From NCBI GenBank assembly GCA_050239825.1, contig JBFXGO010000027.1:1-32826 (forward strand): 32,826 nucleotides of DNA, written 5' to 3'. Position 1 is the first letter of the stretch. The number at the start of each line of letters is the position of its first letter. The position numbers were made by a program, and so were the translations under genes. The notes below the pieces were generated by a model, which saw nothing but the letters and a program-made list of their open reading frames with translations, had not been told where the DNA came from and searched no databases. This document shows, one piece after another, positions 25,324 to 32,826 of this stretch. Origin of the DNA: a bacterium (GTDB taxonomy: Bacteria; Hydrothermota; 32-111).

Positions 25324-27076
25324 AAACATAATACTCAGAGGTTATCCGGTAGCTCCAGGCCTGATAATGGCTAAAATCAAGATATTGAAAAATCAGGCGG
25401 AGATAGTGGATGATTATGAAGTCTCTGATGTAAACGGCGAAGTAAAGAGATTCATGAATGCAGTCGAGTCTGCAAAACTGGACCTTATCTCTGCAAGAGA
25501 CAGAATGAAAGAATCGATTGGAGACCAGTATGAGGACATACTGGAAGCCCAGATACTTGCCCTTGAAGACAAATCCGTTATAAAGAAGACAGTTGAGAGC
25601 ATAATCAGTTCAAAAAGAAATGCTGATTATGTGTACAAGAATATTGTGACTCAGATAATTTCAAGCATGTCAAAGATAGACGATCCATACCTCAAGGACA
25701 GAATTTATGATATAAATGATATACTCAACAGGGTGCTCAGAAAGCTGAAGAAGAGAGGCGAAAGGAACTTGGATTCGTCCGACCAGACAATAATCGCCGC
25801 AGATACGATAACTCCATCCGACACAATAAATCTTGACAGAAAATTCATAGTCGGAATAATAACCGAGGGAGGAGGAGCAACAAGCCATTCCTCAATCATG
25901 GCAAGGGCAATGAACATACCTTCGGTAGTCAATCTGAAAGGTCTTCTTTCAATGATAAAAGAGAATGACACGGTAATTGTAAACGGAAATTCCGGCGTAG
26001 TTGTCATTGATCCCGACGAATCATCAGTGAAAACATACAGAAAGAGGCTTGAGGAGTACAAAGCATACGCCGAGGAGCTTCTTAGGGTCAAGAATGAAGA
26101 GTCAGTCACGATTGACGGACGCACAATAGATGTGTCTGCCAATGTTGAGCTGATAGAAGAGGTTGATGAAGTCAAAAAGTACGGAGGAAAAGGCATAGGG
26201 CTGTTAAGGACCGAGTTTTTGTTCCTTCTTGAAAACGGTTTTCCATCTTTTGAAAAACAGCTTGATTTTTATTCGAAAATTTCCGACAAGCTCTTTCCGG
26301 ATTCAATAATAGTAAGGACAGTAGACATAGGCGGAGACAAACCCATATTTGTCGAGAGGCGCGAAGAGAATCCTTTTCTCGGATACAGAGGCATAAGGGT
26401 CTCTCTCGGAAATGAAGAGATAATGAAAAATCAGCTCCGTGCAGTGCTTAAAGCAAGCAAAAAAGGAAATATAAAAATAATGCTACCTATGGTATCTCAG
26501 GTTGAAGAGGTGATACGCACTAAAGCGGCTGTTGATGAGGTAAAGAGGGAGCTCTTTAACGCACAGGAGAGTTTCGACAAGGACATTGAGGTTGGAATAA
26601 TGGTTGAGGTGCCCTCTACGGCTATTTTGGCGCATGAATTCGCCAAGTATGTAGATTTCTTCTCTCTCGGAACAAATGACCTCACGCAGTACACTCTCGC
26701 TGTCGACAGGAACAATGACAGGGTGAATGACATATATGATTCCCTTGACCCGGCGGTTCTGATGCTTATAAAAATGACTATTGATGCCGCCCATGAAAAC
26801 AACATCTGGGCAGGATTGTGCGGAGAGATGGCGGCTGACCCGATAGCTGTTCCTCTTCTTGTGGGTCTTGGAATAGATGAGCTTTCAATGGCTCCGGTCT
26901 TCATTCCGGAAGTCAAAAAAATAATCAGAGAGGTTTCATTCGAAGAGTGCAAGGAGCTCGCAAAGACCGTTTTTTCAATGAGATCCGGAGCTACCGTGAG
27001 AAAGTACATGAAGGATGTTTTTGCTGAAAGGTTTCCGAATATGCATAAATACTTGCAGGGAGATTTCGATGAATAA
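25313..27076 (+). CDS. ptsI: PEP-protein phosphotransferase (PTS enzyme I)
   Basis: GGATSHSSIMAR, GIGLLRTEFLF, RTVDIGGDK, ENPFLGYRGIR, SLGTNDLTQY, GLCGEMA. Confidence 0.97.
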   Translation: MKNKNIILRGYPVAPGLIMAKIKILKNQAEIVDDYEVSDVNGEVKRFMNAVESAKLDLISARDRMKESIGDQYEDILEAQILALEDKSVIKKTVESIISSKRNADYVYKNIVTQIISSMSKIDDPYLKDRIYDINDILNRVLRKLKKRGERNLDSSDQTIIAADTITPSDTINLDRKFIVGIITEGGGATSHSSIMARAMNIPSVVNLKGLLSMIKENDTVIVNGNSGVVVIDPDESSVKTYRKRLEEYKAYAEELLRVKNEESVTIDGRTIDVSANVELIEEVDEVKKYGGKGIGLLRTEFLFLLENGFPSFEKQLDFYSKISDKLFPDSIIVRTVDIGGDKPIFVERREENPFLGYRGIRVSLGNEEIMKNQLRAVLKASKKGNIKIMLPMVSQVEEVIRTKAAVDEVKRELFNAQESFDKDIEVGIMVEVPSTAILAHEFAKYVDFFSLGTNDLTQYTLAVDRNNDRVNDIYDSLDPAVLMLIKMTIDAAHENNIWAGLCGEMAADPIAVPLLVGLGIDELSMAPVFIPEVKKIIREVSFEECKELAKTVFSMRSGATVRKYMKDVFAERFPNMHKYLQGDFDE

Positions 27077-28064
27077 TGATGTTATGCTGAAGCTCATTGA
27101 GGATTTTCCGGTTTTAGTGAAAAAAGGATACTCTCTTAAATGCGGGTCTCTGAATCTCAACAGAAAATCCTTGAAAAACATAGTTTATGCCGGGATGGGC
27201 GGAAGCGCTCTTGCCGGTGATGTGATAAAGGAGCTTTTGTATCCATTCTCAGGCATTCCCATGGAAGTGGTTAGGAATTATAACCTGCCTGAGTATGTCG
27301 ACAAAAATTCACTTGTCATCATTTCGTCATTTTCAGGCAACACAGAAGAGACCTTGTCCTGTTTTAAGTTCGCTTTAAAGAAAAACGCCAAGATACTCGC
27401 TGTTTCAAGCGGCGGAGATGTTGAAAAAATTGCTAAGAAGAACAACACTCCTTTCATAAAACTTCCAGTAAGCATTCCTCCGCGCACAGCATTCGGAATG
27501 ACCCTCTTCGCATTGCTTCGCCGGATGGAGTTTTTGACCCCCCGAGGAGAGATTTCAAAGATGACGGCTGATGCGCTTTCAAGAATGGACGATTACTCTT
27601 TTGATTACGAAAATGCAAAACTGCTTTCGAAGATAATGCAGGACAGAATACCTTTGTTTTATGTCGACTCATCATTTTCCTCTGTCGGCAGAAGATGCGC
27701 GAATCAGGTGAGTGAGAACAGCAAGCAGTTTGCACATTTCAATCTCATTCCTGAAATGAATCACAATGAAATAGTGGGCCTGAAGATGCCGAAGCATCTG
27801 GAAAAGAATATTGCGATATTTTTTATTTCATTCAGACAGGATAATCCACGGAACAGAAAGAGAGCGATGATAACAAAAAAAATAGCGGATGAAAACAAAT
27901 TTGAAACTATCAGTCTGGACTTTGAAGACAAAAACCCGCTTTACAATATAATAGATGCAGTGATTCTCTTTGACCTTGCTTCATACTACCTTGCTTTATA
28001 CAATAAGACGGATGCGGTAGCAATTGAAAGAATAAATATTCTGAAAAGCAGGATAAAAAAATGA
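27069..28064 (+). CDS. Bifunctional phosphoglucose/phosphomannose isomerase (SIS domain)
   Basis: GMGGSALAGD, SSFSGNTEETL, QVSENSK, IPEMNHNEIVG; ATG 27069 overlaps the ptsI stop. Confidence 0.92.
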   Translation: MNNDVMLKLIEDFPVLVKKGYSLKCGSLNLNRKSLKNIVYAGMGGSALAGDVIKELLYPFSGIPMEVVRNYNLPEYVDKNSLVIISSFSGNTEETLSCFKFALKKNAKILAVSSGGDVEKIAKKNNTPFIKLPVSIPPRTAFGMTLFALLRRMEFLTPRGEISKMTADALSRMDDYSFDYENAKLLSKIMQDRIPLFYVDSSFSSVGRRCANQVSENSKQFAHFNLIPEMNHNEIVGLKMPKHLEKNIAIFFISFRQDNPRNRKRAMITKKIADENKFETISLDFEDKNPLYNIIDAVILFDLASYYLALYNKTDAVAIERINILKSRIKK

Positions 28065-29005
28065 AAGCTGTCATCCCAGCCGCCGGCATAGGAAAGAGGC
28101 TTCAGCCATTGACATTTATTTATCCGAAACCATTGCTTTGGCTCGGAAAAAAAAGAATGATGGATTATATCATGGATTCGCTCATGGAGATTGATTTGAG
28201 CGAGATTATAATAATAGCAGGGTACAGAGGGGATATGCTTGAGGAATATCTGAGAAAAAACTATAAACAGAATTTTACATTTGTTTACCAAAAAGAACAG
28301 GCAGGTCTCGGAGATGCAGTGCTTCTGGGAATCGAAAATTCAAAAAGCAACGAATCGGAAGATATGCTGGTGCTTCTTTCCGACACCATAACTGACGCAG
28401 ACATGAAAAAATTCACAAAAAAGAACAGAACGAGGATTGCAGTAAAGAAAGTAAAAGATCCCAAATCCTTCGGCATTGTGAACATTGAAGGTAAGCTGAT
28501 AACCAATCTAACCGAAAAGCCGGACAAACCATTATCCGACATGGCGATTATCGGTCTTTACTATTTCTCAGACATCAAAAGAATAGAAGAGTCTCTGAAT
28601 TATGTGAAAAACTCCCAAATGAGAACAAAAAATGAATTCCAGCTTACGGACGCAATGAAACATATGCTTGATTCGGGAGAAAAAATGGAGGCCTTCAAAG
28701 TGAAACAATGGATTGACTGCGGAAATTTTGAAATGTTTATTGATTCAAACAGGGAGCTTTTAAAAAGGGAAGAACTTAAAAATTACTGTGAGAAGGCTGA
28801 CATAGCAGATTCCGCAATAGGAATGAATGTATCCCTCTTTGAAAATGTGCGCGTAAAAAATTCAAAATTGAAAAATACTGTGGTTTTTCCGGGAAGTGTG
28901 ATTGAAAACTCAACGCTTTCAGACTCTGTTGTCGGGAAAGACTGCACGATAAGAAATTTCAAAGGTTCTTTAATATGTTCCGATAAAACTTTAATAAAAA
29001 AATAA
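28061..29005 (+). CDS. Sugar-phosphate nucleotidyltransferase (glucose-1-phosphate thymidylyltransferase-like)
   Basis: [44 protein letters not shown]-terminal beta-helix. Confidence 0.92.
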   Translation: MKAVIPAAGIGKRLQPLTFIYPKPLLWLGKKRMMDYIMDSLMEIDLSEIIIIAGYRGDMLEEYLRKNYKQNFTFVYQKEQAGLGDAVLLGIENSKSNESEDMLVLLSDTITDADMKKFTKKNRTRIAVKKVKDPKSFGIVNIEGKLITNLTEKPDKPLSDMAIIGLYYFSDIKRIEESLNYVKNSQMRTKNEFQLTDAMKHMLDSGEKMEAFKVKQWIDCGNFEMFIDSNRELLKREELKNYCEKADIADSAIGMNVSLFENVRVKNSKLKNTVVFPGSVIENSTLSDSVVGKDCTIRNFKGSLICSDKTLIKK

Positions 29006-29018
29006 AAAAGGAGAAAAA

Positions 29019-30155
29019 ATGAAAAGATTCCTCACATCAGAATCGGTTTCAGAAGGCCATCCGGACAAACTCTGCGATATCATATCTGATTCCATACTGG
29101 ATTCTATTCTTGAGAGCGACCCTAATTCAAGGGTAGCGGCAGAGACGATGGCCACCACCGGAATGATAATAATTACAGGCGAGATAACAACAAACTGCTA
29201 TGTAGATGCGCAGAAACTGGTTAGGAATGTGATAAAAGAGGTGGGATACACTGACCCGGATTTCGGTCTTGATTATAAGACCTGCGCAGTCGTAACTTCT
29301 ATTCAGGAGCAGTCGCCTGACATAGCTATGGGAGTAAACACAGGCGGAGCCGGAGACCAGGGAATGATGTTCGGCTATGCCACTGATGAGACGCCGGAAT
29401 ACATGCCTCTGACTATTTCATATGCGCACAAGCTCATGAAAAAAGTGAGCGACATTAGAAAATTCGGAGACCTGAAGTATTTGAGGCCTGACGGAAAATC
29501 TCAGGTTACAGTCGAATATGATGACGGCAAGGCTAAGAGAATCGATGCAATAGTTCTTTCTGTTCAGCATGATGAGCATATATCCATCAAACAAATAAAG
29601 GATGATATGGTAGAAAGGGTGATAAAACCTGTTATTGACCCTAAATACCTTGATAATGACACTAAAATATTCGTCAATCCCACCGGAAGATTCGTTGTAG
29701 GCGGACCCTTTGCAGATACAGGACTGACCGGAAGAAAGATTATAGTTGACACTTATGGAGGAATGGCGCGCCACGGAGGCGGCTGCTTCTCAGGAAAGGA
29801 CCCTTCAAAAGTTGACCGTTCCGCCGCGTATATGTGCAGGTACATAGCAAAGAATCTCGTAGCCGCAGGAATAGCCAAAAAGGCGGAAATTCAGGTTGCT
29901 TACGCCATAGGCATCGCAGAACCAGTATCAATTTCTGTTGAGACATTCAACACATCAAAGTTTGACGAAGAGAAGATAGTGAGAGCCATAAGGGAGGTCT
30001 TTGACCTCACTCCCAACGGAATTATTGAACAACTTAAGCTGAGGCGTCCGGTTTACAAAAAGACAGCCGCATACGGTCATTTCGGAAGAGATGAGGAGGG
30101 CTTTACATGGGAGCTTCTCGATAAAATCGATGAGATGAAGAAAATTTTGAAATAA
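29019..30155 (+). CDS. metK: S-adenosylmethionine synthetase
   Basis: [45 protein letters not shown]. Confidence 0.99.
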   Translation: MKRFLTSESVSEGHPDKLCDIISDSILDSILESDPNSRVAAETMATTGMIIITGEITTNCYVDAQKLVRNVIKEVGYTDPDFGLDYKTCAVVTSIQEQSPDIAMGVNTGGAGDQGMMFGYATDETPEYMPLTISYAHKLMKKVSDIRKFGDLKYLRPDGKSQVTVEYDDGKAKRIDAIVLSVQHDEHISIKQIKDDMVERVIKPVIDPKYLDNDTKIFVNPTGRFVVGGPFADTGLTGRKIIVDTYGGMARHGGGCFSGKDPSKVDRSAAYMCRYIAKNLVAAGIAKKAEIQVAYAIGIAEPVSISVETFNTSKFDEEKIVRAIREVFDLTPNGIIEQLKLRRPVYKKTAAYGHFGRDEEGFTWELLDKIDEMKKILK

Positions 30156-30167
30156 TGGAGTTCATTT

Positions 30168-31424
30168 ATGAAATATGATATAAAGGATATTAAACTCGCA
30201 GAAAACGGATTAAACAGGATTGAATGGGCTTATGCAGATATGCCTGTGTTGAAGACAATTCTTCAGGATTTTGAAAAATCAAAACCCCTGAAGGGAAGAA
30301 AACTGGGCGCCTGTCTTCATGTTACAGCAGAAACGGCCAACCTCATGAGGGTGTTGCAGGCAGGCGGAGCAGAAGTTTTTCTCTGCGCCTCAAATCCTCT
30401 TTCAACTCAGGACGATGTTGCCGCATCACTTGTAAAGCATTTCAAAATGCCTGTCTTCGCAATAAAGGGAGTAAATCAAAAAGGCTATTACAATCATATT
30501 AAATCGGTTCTTCAACTGAAACCGGTAATGACAATGGATGATGGGGCAGATCTGGTCTCAATGCTACACACAGAGTATAAGAACCATATCGGGAATGTCG
30601 TCGGAGGAACAGAGGAGACAACAACGGGAGTTATCAGGCTCAAGGCGATGGAAGCACACAAAGTATTGAAATATCCCATCATTGCAGTCAATGATTCCTA
30701 CACAAAATTCATGTTTGACAACCGTTACGGAACAGGGCAGTCGACTCTTGACGGTATTCTCAGAGCGACGAACCGTCTTCTTGCGGGTTCCACTCTTACT
30801 GTTGCGGGTTACGGTTGGTGCGGAAGAGGTCTCGCAATGAAGGCGAGGGGAATGGGCGCGAATGTTATAGTCACCGAGGTTGACTCCATAAAGGCGCTTG
30901 AAGCATTGATGGATGGTTTCAGAGTGATGAAAATGGATGACGCCTGCGCCATATCCGATTTCATAGTTACTCTTACAGGAGACAAGAATGTTGTTGACGA
31001 AAAACACTACAAACTGATGAAGGACAAGTGCATAATCGCCAATTCAGGTCATTTTGATGTTGAGATAAATACAAAAGCTCTTAGCAGAGTCGCTGTAAAG
31101 GAGAAGGAGATTAGACCATTCCTGAGAGAATATACGATGAAAGACGCAAGAAAGATTTACCTGCTTGCCGATGGAAGGCTTATAAATCTTGCTTCTGCCG
31201 AGGGGCATCCGGCATGCGTTATGGATATGTCTTTTGCAAATCAGGCGCTTTCGGCAAAATACATCAGCGACAATTATAAAAAACTTGAACAACGGGTTTA
31301 CAAATTGCCTGATGTGTTGGATTTGGATATTGCCAAAAGAAAACTCAAGGCAATGGGAATAACCATAGACAAACTCACAAAGGAACAGGAAGAGTATCTG
31401 AAATCATGGGAGCTCGGCACATGA
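30168..31424 (+). CDS. ahcY: Adenosylhomocysteinase
   Basis: [50 protein letters not shown]. Confidence 0.99.
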   Translation: MKYDIKDIKLAENGLNRIEWAYADMPVLKTILQDFEKSKPLKGRKLGACLHVTAETANLMRVLQAGGAEVFLCASNPLSTQDDVAASLVKHFKMPVFAIKGVNQKGYYNHIKSVLQLKPVMTMDDGADLVSMLHTEYKNHIGNVVGGTEETTTGVIRLKAMEAHKVLKYPIIAVNDSYTKFMFDNRYGTGQSTLDGILRATNRLLAGSTLTVAGYGWCGRGLAMKARGMGANVIVTEVDSIKALEALMDGFRVMKMDDACAISDFIVTLTGDKNVVDEKHYKLMKDKCIIANSGHFDVEINTKALSRVAVKEKEIRPFLREYTMKDARKIYLLADGRLINLASAEGHPACVMDMSFANQALSAKYISDNYKKLEQRVYKLPDVLDLDIAKRKLKAMGITIDKLTKEQEEYLKSWELGT

Positions 31425-32374
31425 GCGTTTCAGTTATAGTTCCCCTCTTCAACGAGGAGGGGAATGTGAGTAAACTCTATGACGAGCTCACAGCATCTCT
31501 TTCAATGCAGGAGCAGAAGTATGAGCTGATATTTGTCAATGATGGGTCAAAAGACAATACCGCTCAACTCATAAAAAACATTGCGGAAAATGATAAGAGA
31601 GTAAAGGTTTTAAATCTTGCAAGAAATTTCGGACAGTCCGCCGCTTTTCAGGCGGGTTTTGATAAATCTTCAAATAGTATAATTGTCACTATGGACGGCG
31701 ACCTTCAAAATGACCCTGCCGATATCCCTCTTCTTCTTAAGCATCTTGAAAATTCCAAATTAGATGCGGTCGTCGGCTGGAGAAAAAACAGAATGGACCC
31801 TCTCTTCTCAAAGAAAATCCCCTCATTTTTCGCCAATAGAATGATTTCTCTTTTTCTGAATCTTAAAATACACGACACTGGATGCAGCCTCAAAGCATTC
31901 AGAAGGGAGATTCTTAAAGAAGTGCGTCTTTACGGAGAGATGCACAGGTTCATGCCCTATCTAATGAGCGCTAAGGGATATTCAGTCAGTGAGATACAGG
32001 TAAACCACAGAAAGAGGTTCAGCAATAAATCCAAATACGGGTTTGAAAGGACATTCAAGGTTTTTCTGGACATGATGACAGTGAAGTTCCTGAATGAATT
32101 TTCAACCAACCCGATATATGTAATGGGAGGTATATCCCTCTTATCATTCATGCTATCTCTGGCGGGTTTTATTCTTCTTGTGCTGATGAAGATCTTCATC
32201 GATATCGACATGACGGGAAACCCACTGCTTATTATATCCGTCTTCCTCTTCATGATAGCCCTTCAGATGCTGATGCTTGGCCTTATAAGCGAGATTCAGG
32301 TAAGAACATACTTTGAGACTGTCAAGAAAGACACATACAAGATACGAGATTCAATCAATGTTGATGGAGAATAA
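31421..32374 (+). CDS. Glycosyltransferase family 2 (DPM/ArnC-like, two C-terminal TM helices)
   Basis: [46 protein letters not shown] 31421 overlaps the ahcY stop. Confidence 0.95.
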   Translation: MSVSVIVPLFNEEGNVSKLYDELTASLSMQEQKYELIFVNDGSKDNTAQLIKNIAENDKRVKVLNLARNFGQSAAFQAGFDKSSNSIIVTMDGDLQNDPADIPLLLKHLENSKLDAVVGWRKNRMDPLFSKKIPSFFANRMISLFLNLKIHDTGCSLKAFRREILKEVRLYGEMHRFMPYLMSAKGYSVSEIQVNHRKRFSNKSKYGFERTFKVFLDMMTVKFLNEFSTNPIYVMGGISLLSFMLSLAGFILLVLMKIFIDIDMTGNPLLIISVFLFMIALQMLMLGLISEIQVRTYFETVKKDTYKIRDSINVDGE

Positions 32375-32826
32375 GGTCATTCTTGCCATCTGCACGACGG
32401 GATATTTCAATGACCGGGGCTGCCACATCAGGATTCTTCAGGTGACCCGCCGGTTTTCAAAACAAAACAGTCTCATAATTAAATGTTACTCAAGCGGGAG
32501 AGATATAAAAGAGCAGAGAATTGAGAGGATTAAAAAAATCTTTCCAAATGAGAGGGACTATATAGGATTTGACTTGAGAAAAATAATTCTTGATTTGATA
32601 ATGTTTATCGATTCATTTAAACTTTTAAAAATTATAAAAGCAAATAAACAGTTGTGTTTCACTCATGAGGCGGGGATTATAGGGCTTCTTCTCAAAAAAA
32701 CGACGGGGACAGGTTACTGGCTTGATTATCATGGGTCTCTTCATAAGTAAATGACAAAACAGCATCCGATATTCAGCCATTACCTACCTATCAGACTTTT
32801 TTCGTTTTTATAAAAAAAAATAGATA
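32358..32826 (+). pseudogene. N-terminus of a probable GT4 glycosyltransferase, interrupted by two in-frame TAA (pseudogene or sequence error)
   Basis: YFNDRGCHIRI...HEAG...DYHGSL, then K*MTKQH...FSFL*KKID in the same frame up to the window end. Confidence 0.55.

Noticed and set aside
29006..30167. SAM or SAH riboswitch before metK/ahcY
   Set aside because: The intergenic gaps are only 13 and 12 nt.
32748..32811. Alternative genetic code (TAA read-through)
   Set aside because: TAA terminates well-conserved genes in this window (uvrA, metK, ptsH) at the expected positions.

Overview
Bacterial window with two distinct halves. The host is probably a diderm outside Bacteroidetes (canonical TTGACA/TATAAT promoters, GGAG(G) ribosome-binding sites), though lineage cannot be fixed from sequence alone. 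(1) ~1-12,600 is a strictly co-directional, very purine-rich/C-poor accessory tract of envelope genes: two PorV/PorQ-like beta-barrels, a large barrel with an SprA-like motif, lipoproteins, an LVIVD-repeat protein with a T9SS-type C-terminal sorting signal and a truncated second copy of it. It also holds small genes (ORF6N tail, four-helix-bundle protein), an IS3-family element sitting at a probable deletion junction, and GTAG-type REP palindromes. Several short tandem-repeat families run through this tract with strict polarity: G-rich strands lie in non-coding spacers after stop codons, and their C-rich reverse complements lie inside translated N-terminal leaders starting ~20 nt after ATG. 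This is the best candidate for an undescribed system. (2) ~12,700-32,826 is core genome: a pilin-like gene; murI, amidase, smpB and a CTD-bearing secreted protein (minus strand); then a long plus-strand run with a degenerate serine recombinase abutting uvrA, NfeD, a MalK-like ATPase, reduced mannose-type PTS IIC/IID, ptsH, ptsI, PGI/PMI, a nucleotidyltransferase, metK, ahcY, a GT2 and an interrupted GT4. All family calls come from motif recognition by eye; no searches were run.
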